Shown here: positions 36,640 through 49,730 of the stretch, in pieces
Layout of the letters: every line of letters begins with the position of its first letter
Numbering within the stretch: position 1 is the stretch's first letter
Origin: Carcharhinus longimanus
Taxonomy: Eukaryota
DNA: 64,000 bases
Reading direction: 5' to 3'
NCBI GenBank assembly: GCA_030264375.1
Contig: JASCQW010000081.1
Coordinates: 93,929,814 to 93,993,813, forward strand
Position numbers and translations under genes: made by a program
Notes under the pieces: generated by a model
Databases searched by the model: none
The model's input: only the letters and a program-made list of their open reading frames with translations
What the model was told of the DNA's origin: nothing

Positions 36640-38300
36640 CTCAGGACAGAAAGTTGAGACGAGGGGGGCCGCCTCCATCAGCAACACCGGTTTCACATTT
36701 TGTGACCCAAATGTCAACGACAACAACTTTCAACATTGCCGAGCTTAAATTGCCTTAGTCAAAGAAGGGTTTTATCAATGAGATCGGATATAAATTCGCA
36801 TTCCATTTAATGCAGATATTGCCGTTTAAAATTTCTGAAAATAAGTGGCTAACACCAGAAGTGCAAACACTGAAGCAGCTAAGAAGATAATTGAATTCAG
36901 GAAAAATGAAACATGATTCAGAATATAATCGAAGAAGGTATTTGAAGGAAGATGTCTATTTAAGGAAAAGAAACTGCTGAATTAAGAAACCGCATATGCT
37001 GACTGAGCAAGCCTAAGAACAAGTTAAGAACAGTGACAAACATAAATAAAGAGCGCCTCAAAACGCAAAAGAGAATTTGTTGAGAAATTGTGAAAGAAAA
37101 AGAGAGTGCATGCTACAGGAAGAGAACACCAGAAGACAGTAGAAAATATCACTTAGCAGACCTCTGGGAATGAAACACGAATCCCACCATGCCAGTCGGG
37201 GACTAATAATGAAGTTTGATTAAAACAAAACAGAGATAAACAAATTGATTGGTACGGTCAGCCCTTTGAAAAGTTATTAACAGTCCTGAGCATGATAACT
37301 GCCTTCTGTTGACATTGTTGGTATTGAAACACACCTTTCAAAAAAAAAACAAATATTGTGCAGCTCCGAAGTCTGGAAAAAGCAAAAGCCATTCGAGTTA
37401 ACTCTTCAGGCGAAGTTGCTGCCAGCAAATCGGACAAAAGGAGTGGAATTGCACTTTTTTTCCATCCCCATCCTCATCTGCCAAATTATGAGGAAGCAAT
37501 TGACAACATCATTGACAGCATGTTTGGGAAAGAACAAGTTGAGTATCTTTTTGTCAAATTTTCAAGGTAGGCCTACCTCCAAGGGAAGTCTGACAGACTG
37601 AGCATGCGTGCAAATAGTCTGATCTGCATTTCAAAAATCAGGAAATGCAAGTCATACACAACAAAATAGCAGATTTCCCATAACCAATGTGGACAGAGCG
37701 GTTAGTTGAGGATACTTGCTGAACACACAGCCATCTCAGCAACAACCGAGGAGCTCGAAAGGAGATCAAGGTTCGGTTGAACAACACCTGAGCTGTACGC
37801 AAAAGACTCCGAAAAATCTGGAAATCCAAAGGATATAGTCCTAAGAACAAAATCAGACGATACAACAGAAATCGGAATTCAGCTTTACTCCATTATTGGT
37901 GGTGAAGCCTGATACCCTTTTTATCTGGGGGTTGGTGGAGTCTGGGAGGCATATTTTGCAATATTTTCTTACATAAGGTCTGTAGCAGCTATAACACAAT
38001 TTCAAATTCGGCATGTTCAAGATCAATGGTTCCTTTTATAGAGTTAGCCTCGCGATTAAGAAGCCGAGGATTAGAATGGCCAGAACGCGTGTTAAGAACG
38101 ACCCAAGGACAAAGTGCGAATGCTGCTCTAAAATGGATAGCATTATGAAAGCGTAAACGGGGCAGGCCAAAAATAATATGCTTTAGGACTGTGCTGGCAG
38201 AAAGGGAAAAGGTTGACATATGTGGCAAAGCACAAGCTAGACTGGAAAACAAAACGTACATTGCTACGTCTAGAAGGCACATCGGGACTGCGATGATCCT
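36640..38300 (+). mobile_element. Decayed RTE-clade LINE
   Basis: C-terminal ALKWIAL*KRKRGRPKIICFRTVLAE...CGKAQ matches RTE ALTWTP.GKRKRGRPKTTWRRTV.AE...WGEAQ; a small SINE-like insert near 37150-37290. Confidence 0.6.
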
Positions 38301-39313
38301 TCAGAAAACGATCTTGTCCTGGTTAAGGGGGGAACATCTACCTGAAGCAAATTCCGTTTTGTTAGAGATGAATGGCTCTGGTCAGCTAACATCGATCTGG
38401 ATGTCTTCTCCATCGACTACTTATGTGGCGGAAATGGAAAGCGGGCCATTCAAACAATTCTAGTCATATTATTATTGAATTTGCTTATTTTTGCCGACGA
38501 ATTATTTTGGAAAATTCGATATAGGTAATGTTTGCTGGAGAAGCCTACTCCCCTGGAATAAAGCTTGGCTTTGATAATATAAAACAAAAGAATACCATGC
38601 AAAATATGGTAAGTGTCATGATTGTGTAACTAACATGTAAATGTTTTCTGTTACAGAAGAAAAAAATATAGGGCGGCTAGAAGCAGACGGTGTGCGGGCG
38701 TGGGAAGAGATCTTAGAAAACAAATATTGCCTGTTATACATAGCTGTCAGAACGATATTTCCTTAAACTGCAAATTAGCAGCAGGTGCTAACGAGTTATC
38801 GTCGTGCTTTTGATTCATTATTCCCGCATTTGAAGTAATTTAAGCACGGCGAAGAGATACGGTGCGCAGTGTTGATCATATATTTGACTCAAGTTAGCAC
38901 AACATTAATTTATTGTAATGCTGTCGGCAAAGGAAAAAAAATGCCATGCGTTTTAATTTATTTGCTTGGTAACCTTTCTTTTCACGATTATTACATACGT
39001 GTGCCTATTTCGTCTCCTGCAAGGAACAAAATGTAGTATATTTTTTACAGTCCTTTGAAGAAGGGAACTAAGTAAGTGAAGCAAACATTACTGCACTTTC
39101 AACAACAGCGGGAATTTCTGTACATAAATAAACTTGCTCTTTCCCAAGGTTACAGTGTTTTTTTTTTATGATTCTTAAGGAAGGAAGTGCTTATGACATT
39201 TGTTTTAAGCACGATAAATGATAGACGTAGATACGCAAAGATAAAAGGCAAACTGTGAACTCCCAGTTAAAGGCCAAATAAAGCAAAATTATTTGATACC
39301 ACAATATAAAGCA

Positions 39314-39502
39314 CGGGATGCACGGTAGCACAGTGGTTAGCACTGCTGCTTCACAGCTCCAGTGTCCTGGGTTCGATTCCAGGCTCGGGTCACTGTCTGT
39401 GTGGAGTTTGCACGCTCTCCTCATGTCTGTGTGGGTTTCCTCTGGGTGCTCCAGTTTCCTCCCACAGTCCAAAGATGTGCGGGTTAGGTTGATTGGCCAT
39501 GC
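39314..39502 (+). mobile_element. Young V-SINE (HE1-like), truncated by a gap
   Basis: gcacggtagcacagtggttagcactgctgcttcacagctccag...ggttcgattcc...gtctgtgtggagtttgcac...cctcccacagtccaaagatgtgc. Confidence 0.92.
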
Positions 39503-39547
39503 NNNNNNNNNNNNNNNNNNNNNNNNNNNNNNNNNNNNNNNNNNNNN

Positions 39548-39650
39548 CACTCCCTCCAAGGCCAAAATATCCTTGCGTAAGTGCGGCGCCCAAAACTGCA
39601 CACAGTACTCCAGCTGCGGCCTCAGCAATGCCCTGTACATTTGCAGCAAG
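39548..39650 (-). mobile_element. CR1 internal fragment
   Basis: [33 protein letters not shown]. Confidence 0.9.
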
Positions 39651-39684
39651 TTATAGCATTCTATAACATAGCATTCATAGTATT

Positions 39685-39800
39685 ATCTGGATTGTAATCA
39701 CTGTTGTTTAGAGGATGGTGCTGCGTGCACACTGGTTGCCTATTTTTTGCATTGCAACATTGATTGCACTTCCAAAATACATTCCACTGGCTTTGAAATT
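39685..39800 (+). mobile_element. DeuSINE/AmnSINE-like 3' fragment, followed by a reverse CR1-type tail (39801-39850)
   Basis: gctgcgtgcacactggttgcc...cattgcaacattgattgcacttccaaaatacattccactggct. Confidence 0.5.
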
Positions 39801-42184
39801 TCATAGAATTATGGAATTCTTACAGTGCAGAAGGAGGCCATTCTGCCCAGGAGGCTGCCATCACATCGAAATCACGAGTGATGGTATAGACAAATTTGGC
39901 TTCAGTGCCAGGTGAAATATTCTATTCATTTCTGGTAACCACGCACTGGCTAGAACCAAAAAAAATTCGTAGGAGATGTAAAAAAAACCAAAATGTTTCC
40001 GTGGATGCGAGACAGATGAATGTTGTGCTACGAATGGGCTTAGGACGTTAACCCCTTCGGAACTCTTCTGCCATTCTACTGATCATGGCGTTCCTTCTGC
40101 GCAGTCGCTTCTGCCATGGTACCTTAGAACTTTCTTCATATTTTTATTGGCTATATCCAGAAATACATCCTGAGCATAGGCTATGACGCAACCTCACCAA
40201 ATTTAGGCCTCCAGAATCATGGAGGTGTGTTGTATTTTGAGTTTTGAAAACCGTCCTCATCTCAGAGAAAAAAATAGCCTTCCTCCAACTTTGTGGCTGT
40301 GTTGATAAATTGTAAAATGTCCTATCCAGAGTGAAATGTACTCTACAGGTAACTTGACTGAAAATAATTCATGTTTCAAGGAGACCGTGTCTCATAGGAA
40401 ATTCAGCTCAATTTCGCAGAATACTTCCCAAACTCACTCGTCGAAAAAGTGCTCTGTCCCGACTTGCATGGTACAAATGTGTTTTTTTTTTGCGCGTGTT
40501 TCACTCTCCTTCGCTCGCTATCTATCAGGCCAACTTTCTGGTCACTTTCATTCCCTAAATGAAATGAGCCTACGCTATTACTCACACAAGCACATCAGTG
40601 GTTTGCATATGCATTGTAATATCAGCACGAGGGAATTCCCTCCTTAACAGCTGTTTACATTAGGACTGTGTCTTCCCTACTTCTTCAATGCTTCTCCGTG
40701 CCGTCATCACGCTGCTGAAACACTGACGAAATTAATTGCCGTCTGACCAAAAGCACAATGTCCTCCACTTTTTTTTATCACGTCATCCCTGTTCTGAGTT
40801 TTGCTACAGCGCTACTTTTCCATCGCTGAAAGTAATTATAATAACATAGTAATTCTGCGTATCCATGAAAGCCGTTAATATATTTCAGATGCACATTACG
40901 TTTGGCTGCCAATGAAAAAAAAAACTTGTGTCAATTGAAAGCTATGTGGCTTCTAATTTTCTCATTAAAATAAATACGACGTTTGAGATTAACGAATGTG
41001 CTTTCGACTGAATTGGCCTTTATTAATGGAATATGGAATAACAAAGGACTACATTCATTTTCAAATATTGTTCTGCGATCCTTAGTTGGCAATTGTCAGA
41101 CTTGATTGCTACTAACTTTAATTTGTTGATGAAATACGACGTTTTCTAGAGCGACCGATTACCTAAGGGGATTGATAATGTCTCTCGGCCAGTTATCATC
41201 TGCACCCATTTAATTATGCAAAACGTTCTGTCTCAGGGGATCAGCAAAGTTTCCTAAGTTATTGTAGTACTATTAAGCGAGTTCTGTGCTGTGAAGCTTG
41301 CGAGCTCTAGTTGTGTTTTCTGCGAAGTTTGTCAACTAAATATCGCGTTTTCCTTTGCTACATCTTTTCTGTCTGGAAATCATATGATGAACACAAAGTT
41401 AAAATCATACTAATGTTAATACAGCTCTGATTAAAATTTCATATTGTGATAGAATAGATGTTCTATGTTTTGAAAGTGGCATTTACTCTATAACTTCCTG
41501 CTTAACCCCTGAAAACTTACCTTTGCCGGTAGCTGTTCCAGAGGAATAAAGAATAGTTGGTAATGCCAAAAAAGACAACAATGTAAAAACAGGCAATCAA
41601 CAAAATTAATATGCCATTAATTGCAATGTATATGTCCAATTGACAAAATATTGTAGACGCCAAAAACTAATGGCAAATTATACTTCGTTGAAATAGCTTA
41701 AATGTAACAAATTCAGTGTATGTAAAAGATGAGCTTGAATAATTTCTAATGCTGGAACAGTTATTGATGATTAGTATCAGAATGCATTTATAATCTTTTT
41801 CAAAATTTACGAATGTTTTGCTATTATGAATGTCTTGAAATATTTAGCGCAAATTCAAAACAAAATTAAACCATTTTGCAGGTTTTTTTTTTCTCTTACA
41901 GTGCATTCCCAGTTTGTGCAGAATGTTATCAATATCTAAAGAAATAAAAGAGAAACAGAAAGTTCAAGATTTTTTATTGTTTCAGAAAATAGGCAAGCAT
42001 CTGTAAATTGATTCAGACAGCGACCATTCTGGTTTTGTGTTAATGTTTCAGAAGACAATCTATTAACGGCCATTTTGTTGGGCTACCGATGAAATGAAAA
42101 TGAAAATATTATCAAATTCCTGACAATAAGCTCAAAAACACATACAAAAATAATGGAAAATAAGCATTCGGATTTTCAGCAACC

Positions 42185-44470
42185 TTTGTTTTATTCGGTT
42201 TATTATTGTCACGTGTAATGTGATCCACTGAAATGTGTTGTTATGGCCATAGAGTACATGGGGGAGAAGCAAATAATAGGGTATCGAAGATAATCTTGCA
42301 ATTTCAGGTAAAGTGAAGAAAAAGGTCGACTTTATACAATACAGGTTCATTCAAAAAGCAGGAAAGATGTCGTTCTCAAATCGGTTGGTCCAACGGAAGA
42401 AGGTAGAAGAGGGTATGTCCAGGGAGCGTGGGGTGCTTGATTAGGCTGGCTGCTTTCCGGAGGCAGTGAGAAATGTAGACCGAATCAATGATAAGAGGCT
42501 AAACTGAGTGATGGACTGTTCTACGCTCACAATCCTTTCTCATTCCTTGTCGTCTTGGTCAGAACAAGAGCCATTTTAACCTATTATACTTCCAGATGGG
42601 ATGGTTTCTATGGTGCATCTGTAATAAATGGTGAGAGTCGTAATGGACATAACCGAATTTCCTTCGCCTTCTGAGAATGTCGAGGTGTTGTCTTTTTTAA
42701 AAATTATTTTGCCGGAGGGAACAAGGAAGATTGTTAGTAGTCTGAACACCAAGTAACTTAAAGCTTTCGACTGTTTCCATTTCCGCGTCATCGATGAAGA
42801 GAACGGCATGCCTATCCCTACGTTTCTTGAAATTCATGAGTATGTAATTATCTACTGACATTGAGGGATAGACCATTGCACGTTTTCCCCAGATTGTCTA
42901 GCTCTTCCCCTTACTCCATCTGGTCATGATTTGAGATCTAACCCATTACAATGGCGTCATCAGCAAACTGAAGGATGAGTTGGAACATAATTTCGCCATG
43001 TAGTCGTAAGTGTTTGAGGATTATATTAAGGGGCTGAGAATGGAGGCATGTGGGGATCTGGTTTTCAAGATAATCATCGAGGGGGTGAGTTAAACGTCCT
43101 TGCAGACTGTAGTCTCTGGGTTCAGAGATTGAAGACCCAGTCACAGCTGGAGGCTCAACGGCCTTGGCCACAAAATTTGGAGATGAGTTTCGTTGGAATA
43201 ATGGTGTTCAGGACAAAGCTGTAGCTCATATATAGGAGTATGATACAATTATCCTTCCTCCAGACGTTCCAGTGCTGAATGTAGGGTCGGGGAGTTCGCG
43301 TTTGCTCCGGATCCGTTGGAGTGTTGGGTGGACTCTCGTGGATCTTGGCGACAGGAATAGATGTGTACTATAATCAACCTTTTGAAACACTTCAAAATTG
43401 TAGTTCTAAGACCCACCAGTTGATAGAAATTAAGATATGCTACCTGGGTGTTCTTTCATACAATGATGATTGCCGTCTTCTTGTAGCAAGTAATTATTCA
43501 GATTGGAATAAGGGGCAGTTAAAGATACCTGAAAATACCCTTGACATCTGGCATGCGGAGGATCTAAGTGTTCATATTAGGATCCGATCCAGGCTATCGT
43601 TTTATTGGTTAAGTTTCAAGAACGCCAATCTGACGTCTTCCATTGCAACTCTGAATTTCTGTTTGACAGAGGCTGTCAAGGCGGATGACATCCTTTCCCT
43701 CAGCTCCTGCTCAAAAGGAGAACTGAATATGTTGAGTTCATCAAGGAGGGGTGCATTGTTGCAGACGATTCTACTCGTCTCTCTATCGTTGGTTGTTATG
43801 ACGTGCAGACATTGTCCCAATCGATGGGTGTTCAGGTGGCTAGACTGAAGCTCTAGCTTGGTGTGGTATTGCCAGGTGCCATTTCTGATAGTTGTGCATC
43901 GATCATATCCGATTTTCTGGTTTCATGTTGGCACACAGTTTTCTACGCACTTGCTAATGCATTCAGCCACTGTGGTGCTATCCGCATTTAGGATGATCGT
44001 TCAGTTGATGAATAGTGGCAACTGACTCAAAAGGCTTGTGCAGGGATTCATCCACTACTTCTGAAAATTGCACATTATCTTGATCGACTCCTTGCTTCAC
44101 TACTTGCTTGTAAGCTGAAGACAGGAGCACAAAAGTTGTGCTCTGGTTTGACAAAGTATGGGCGGGAAATAGAGCGGTAGACATATTTGACGTTTTGTAG
44201 CAATGGTCGAGGATGGTTGGGCGAATGGGGGAACAGGAGATGTTTGATTATATCTTGGTAGGACGCTGTTGTGATTAGCCTGATTGACATCAACAGCCAC
44301 GGTGAACAAGCCTTGGAATATTGTGCCTGATTGATACGTGTTGTGGTATGTATTTCAGTGAGCACAGTATTCACATCCACATGTGGACGATAGTAAACTG
44401 ATTTGAGGACAACAACGAGACCGAAGTATTTCTTAGGCTTAATATGGTAAGTAGCAGATGCCATAGTTCA
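42185..44470 (-). mobile_element. Decayed Rex1/Babar LINE (endonuclease plus RT)
   Basis: SVYYRPHVDVNTVLTEIHTTT, LLDELNIFSSPFEQ, KFRVAMEDVRLAFLKLN, QFADDAIVMG, TIYYRCTIETIPSG; tail tgacaataataaacc. Confidence 0.9.
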
Positions 44471-44620
44471 CGTCTTGTATGATGTCCAGCAGGACTAACT
44501 GGACTAGCAAGGACACATTTTGTTTTTACTTACAGTTGAGATGATATGCCTGGAGAAAGGGAAAACTTTACGCTCAGCTTCTCGGAGCTTATTGCGTATC
44601 AATTATTATTATAAAAATAT

Positions 44621-44912
44621 AGGGCCACACGTGGCACAGTGGTTATCACTGCTGCCACTCAGCGCCAGACACAAGGTCAAATTTCTCCCTCGGGTTCTCC
44701 CTTTGCCTGCATGGGTTTCTTCCGGGGTCTATGGTTTATTCTCCCAGCACAAAGATGTGCCGTTCGGTTTGAGTAACCATGAAAATTCCACTTAGAGTCA
44801 GGGGGATTAGCAGTTTAATTAACTGGGTAAGCCGGAGTAGTGCCAGGGTGGGTTTGTTGTTGATGCAGGCTCGATGGGCATAGTGGCTTCCTTCTGCATT
44901 GTGGGGATTCTA
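44621..44912 (+). mobile_element. V-SINE with a CR1-type tail
   Basis: cacgtggcacagtggttatcactgctgcc...cccagcacaaagatgtgc; tail gcaggctcgatgggc...cttctgcattgtggggattcta. Confidence 0.85.
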
Positions 44913-45169
44913 AGCTTAGCTGCTTAGTGCACTGAACTCAAAATGTGTTCGCTATTTCACGTTCTAATCCATTGAGTTAAACATTAATACATTGTCAAGA
45001 TTTGAACTCTAAATCCAATTTGCCAACTGAGTCTAGCCAACACAAATATTTACCTTTTTTCATGCAGTAATTAGCCTGCATTTCAGGTAAGCATTTATGA
45101 ACCACTGAGGCTTGTTTGCTTTCAACTACCAATATTTTGAGCCTCCGTAATGCAACTTTATTGGAATGG

Positions 45170-46060
45170 TACTTTTAGTGATTTGAATGTTTCGATGTAC
45201 ATATGATCGTTTGTGAAGGAAATAAAGCAATTTCATGGGCACAATGGGATATGGAGCAAATGGGCAAAATTTTGCTGACACCGTATCTAAAGATAACTCT
45301 TAGCTGTGAGACAAACTGACAAAATTATACATCGTCGATGAATGGATAACATTTGATGATATAACTTGATTTTCACCTGTTTCAAAACCATTGAAAGAAG
45401 CAAGGCCAGAGCGCAAATCAACTTTGCGAAAGCAACATAACATTTAAACAAGATATTCAGACGCTCAACAAAGTTTTAAGCCATATAATTGACAGAACTT
45501 AAAATTGACAAAGCAAATGTATCATGGAGAAGTGAAAAAAATACGAAAATGGACATAAACTTGTGAAAGAGATAAGAATTTATACAAAAAACTACTTCCC
45601 GTTACTTAGAAAGAAAATACTAACAAGAAGCATAATATAATTCACTTGAAATATATACCTGTTTTAACACAAACAAATTAAAGTAATGTTTCTATGCCTC
45701 GATGGCACTACGACTAAACTAAATTAAGCTAATATTCTGTAACAAGAATTGGTAGAAAGGAAAATATTTTACATTCATTCATACTGAAACAATTACTGAA
45801 ACTCGTCAATCTGAGCGTTGAAAAGGCAATAGCATAGTAACTTAGTATTTTAACCTGAACGATTAACACAATACAAGGATGATGTTGTTTCAATCCAAGA
45901 TCTTTACAGGAAGTAATCGTAACATAAAGTCAGAAATCATAGCAAACATTTCCAAATTTCTTGAAGTTTATGAATTATAGTCTGGTAGTGAATAATTGAA
46001 ACGTAATATCATTACTTGAGGACAGTGGGGCCGACATTATAAAATGAATTTAATTTAAAT
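45170..46060 (+). mobile_element. Possible ancient RTE-like relic (endonuclease region onward)
   Basis: gatttgaatg...atgggcacaatgggatatggagcaaatggg resembles RTE D.NA...MG..G.G..NG; A-rich sense strand. Confidence 0.3.
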
Positions 46061-46124
46061 TGGGGAAGATATTTTGCAGCTAGAAATAAGTTCTAGTACT
46101 GAGAACTTCTGGGACATTTGAACT

Positions 46125-46466
46125 GAGCTGTGGAGCCTGTATGGATTGCAAATACTTTGTGAAGAATAGTAAGTTTCCTGACAAGTTAACTAAATATTCT
46201 CAGCAGGGTGCTAGAAACACAAACAGAAAGCATAACATAAGCAACTAGAATGCAACAGCAAAGGTTCATGCGTACGAATCTGTTCGATTGACATCCAAGC
46301 TGAAGGAACCTTGATTTGGTGCATGAAGACCTCAATCATAAATACTTTATGTCAACAGATTAAATCTTTTCAGTTTCTAGCACCCTGCTGAGAATATTTA
46401 GTTAACTTGTCAGGAAATTAATTATTCTTCAAGAAGTATTCGCAATCCATTCAGGCTCCACAGCTC
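46125..46466. repeat. Inverted repeat, ~94-bp arms (46125-46218 and 46373-46466), 154-bp spacer
   Basis: Inner ~45 bp are perfectly complementary (tttcctgacaagttaactaaatattctcagcagggtgctagaaac vs its reverse complement); outer part has mismatches; right arm ends at an N gap. Confidence 0.92.
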
Positions 46467-46859
46467 NNNNNNNNNNNNNNNNNNNNNNNNNNNNNNNNNN
46501 NNNNNNNNNNNNNNNNNNNNNNNNNNNNNNNNNNNNNNNNNNNNNNNNNNNNNNNNNNNNNNNNNNTCCTCTCCAGGAGGGCACTTGAATGTGAGCCCAT
46601 AGAAGTGACCCTGGCCCAGAATTCTGGCAAGGAGGGCTATAAACATGAAAAGAAATGCAGTGTTCGTTAACTTAACTACGTGTTTAGAACCAGATAGGAA
46701 GCACAACAATGTTTGAATGGTAAAAAATGTGAGGAACGAGTGCATACAACCACACAGCACTGGGCTGAAATGACAATTTATTCGGTTTCGTCCGAAACCT
46801 AGTTACGGAAGATCTGATCTCTGATTGCCTCGAGAAAATGTTGTTTTCGGAAAGTATTC

Positions 46860-47655
46860 GTCAATGAGGCCATCATTTCCCAACATTCCTCCCATATCCT
46901 TTGATCGCTTTTTCCTCAAGAGCTCTATCTATTTTTTCCTTAAATCAGGCAATATTTCGATCTCAACTACACTCGGCGACAGCGAGTTCTACACATTAAC
47001 CAGCCTCCGGGTGAAGAAATTTCGACACACCTCCGATCTAAATGGTTTACCCCTTATCCTCAAACAATGACCGCTAGGTCTGGGCTTCCCCACCATTGGG
47101 AACACTATTTCAGAATCTACGCTGTCGAACCATATTAGATTTTTATACATTTCTATAACATCTTCTCTCAGCCTTCCAAACCCAGTTCATGTATTATCGA
47201 CAGACTGAGCCTCTCCTCATATGACCGACCTGCCATTCCAGAAATCTGCCTGGTAAACCTTCCCTAAACTCCCTCTATAGCAAGGATATTCTTCCTCAGA
47301 TAAGGACACCAGCAATGCACACAATGCTCCAGGTTTGGCTTCACCAACAGCCTATAAAATTACAGCAAACATCCCTGTTCCTGTACTCAAATCGTCTCGC
47401 TATGAAGGCCAACATACCATTTACCTTCCTTACTGCCTGCTGTACCTGCACTCTTATATTCAGCGACAGATGCACAAGGAGTCTCTCTCCACCTCTTTCA
47501 ATTTATACCCATTCAAGTCATAATCTATTTTGCTATTATTGCTGCCAAAATAGATATCCTCATTCATCCAAATTATTCTGCATCTACCATGCAAATGTCA
47601 CGCCGCCAGCCTGTCCAAAGCGCGGCGAAGCATATCAGCATCCTCCTCACATATG
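46860..47655 (-). mobile_element. CR1 3' fragment
   Basis: gcaaggatattcttcctcagataaggacacc...tgcacacaatgctccagg; same subfamily pattern as 4684-5430 and 12085-13060. Confidence 0.9.
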
Positions 47656-49329
47656 TTTCAGCCATGACCTTGCTCTAATCATGTGGTAAGAAGGCGAGGT
47701 ACTCGCTGATGATTCAATGAAAGCTAACATCATTCACAAATTCTCACGTATTGAACCCATATTGTGGAGCAGGCGAGGAAACATGTAGACACTTCTTTTT
47801 AAGCAGCAAGTATATTAACTGTCATTACCGTCGCCGGTGTTCAGAGTTCAGAGTGCAGACTTTGGTTTATTTTAAGGTGAACTTGTGTTTGCTTATTATC
47901 ATTTTGTTTTTGCATACAGATGCCGTTACAAGCAACGTTGAATTGTGACCCAGTTGAGCGTCTTCTCAAATCTAAAACGTCACGAGCTTATCGCAAAGGA
48001 AATTTCTGACGGCGTCCTTACGCTAGACCAGGAAAACCTCAGAAAATAAGTAATGGGAAGATAAGTTCCGTGTGACGTACAAACACGCGGTCTACTTTTT
48101 TTTAAGAAAACTACGTGTGAAGAAGGAGCGTCGCAAAGAAACTTCATGGACAATTTTGAATGAACACCAGGCGAGTTACTGCATTTATTGGTGAGCAATG
48201 ATTTTGCACGAGTGAAGAACCTGGAGGATATAATAGTCGGTGTAAAACTATAACTTAGTTGTGACCCGTGCAGCCACATCCAGAGGGAAATGGAAATTGG
48301 CTTCAAGACTGAGTGTACTTAAAAGCACAGGAGAGTGAAAACCATATTGCAACGTTTAAACAGTACCATATTTTCTGATTGAGTTCATATTGTTATGGTT
48401 CAGATTGGAACTCCGAAGTGTTCTACGGAGTCCACCTAGAACATAAGTTTTGCATTTTGAATTTGGCAAGGATAAACATGATTGTAATGACCCGCTGTGG
48501 AGCTTATATCAAGCAAAGTCATTTAAAAATATAGTTAATATCTACAGAAAGAAAATTAGCAAGAACTTCTATCAATTACAAACAAGATACCTAAAGCGAC
48601 ATTAAATTTTACAGCCCTTAACAAATATATTCAATGTCTTCGAACCTAAACCAAAATCCTATATTGGCTAAACCCTTTGAACAGTTTCAACACAGCAAAA
48701 ATTAATTCTTGCATGATGCTGGACATTGAATGATTTTGTTGAAATAGGCAGTTTTCTGGATTCGCTCAGAGCATGTTAACGTCATAATACCTTCCCAGAA
48801 CCCCAGATAGAGACGTTCTTTTCAAGCCACCATCTGCAGNNNNNNNNNNNNNNNNNNNNNNNNNNNNNNNNNNNNNNNNNNNNNNNNNNNNNNNNNNNNN
48901 CCCAAAATAAACACAAACAACCCAATTTAAGACACTTAAGTAGCAATAAAACGACATTTCCAGTCGAGCTAGCAACAGTAACATCTCTGAAGCTGTGAGC
49001 TAAGACACGACTGAAGCGGAGAGATCTGCAGAAATGACGATTGTTTAAAACAAATATAGAAATACAAACTTCACAATGCATATGCTCAAATTGCTTACAC
49101 TCATTACAGTCATGCCGAATGTGGCCATTTAGTCATTTTACCTCCAGTATCTATACTAAATCAACTTTTTTTTCTTGTTTTTGAATTTATTTCCATGGCC
49201 CATGCACTTGGTTGTTTGCGAATTTCATTCTTCCAACTACTGTGATCTATCAAGTAAAGATTTGTTATCAATCATTTCCAAACTCTCATAATCCGGGTCA
49301 TAACAACACAGCAATGTGCGCCCACTACT

Positions 49330-49730
49330 TATAGACATTGATCATCTCCAGCAAAACGAAAAACACACTGTCTCCATTTGTCATATGAATCTCTGAAGTT
49401 TCCGTCTTCAACACATGGTTTACCGTTTTCTGAGAAACAAACTACAAAAGGCATACAAAGACGATACGATTATGTCACATAATGGGAATTGTGAAGACTT
49501 TAACTAGCGCACTCAATCCCAAATATCTATGCGAAATCTACAAGCTACAAATCAGGAATATGAAGGAATATATTCCATTTTATTTGATGAATGGACCATC
49601 AACATGACCGAACAGATCTCAACAACCCACAAGAAAATCTACAGTCTGCAACATCAGAGCTCCATCTAACAACATATTCACCACTGATACACATTTGTAG
49701 CACATGTGTTATGTGACCATGATGCAACGC
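49330..49730 (+). mobile_element. Very decayed C-terminal piece of the LINE family at 13075-16170
   Basis: atctacaagctacaaatcaggaatatgaaggaatatattcca resembles IYKAQVRS.MEY.P. Confidence 0.4.

Noticed and set aside
38609-38656. Perfect-looking plus-strand mini-intron (gtaagt...ctaac...ttttctgttacag)
   Set aside because: 48 nt is below the usual vertebrate minimum and the flanks do not form a recognisable ORF.
39051-39071. Plus-strand 21-nt micro-exon candidate
   Set aside because: Isolated, with no partner exons found; illustrates the chance background for such signals.
39314-39400. tRNA-like A and B boxes
   Set aside because: Head of a V-SINE, not a tRNA gene.
47920-48306. Protein-like plus-strand frame with stops (possible pseudogene or viral relic)
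   Set aside because: Best resemblance is to a very decayed CR1 endonuclease (LLxLLVxN...VG..L); too weak to call.
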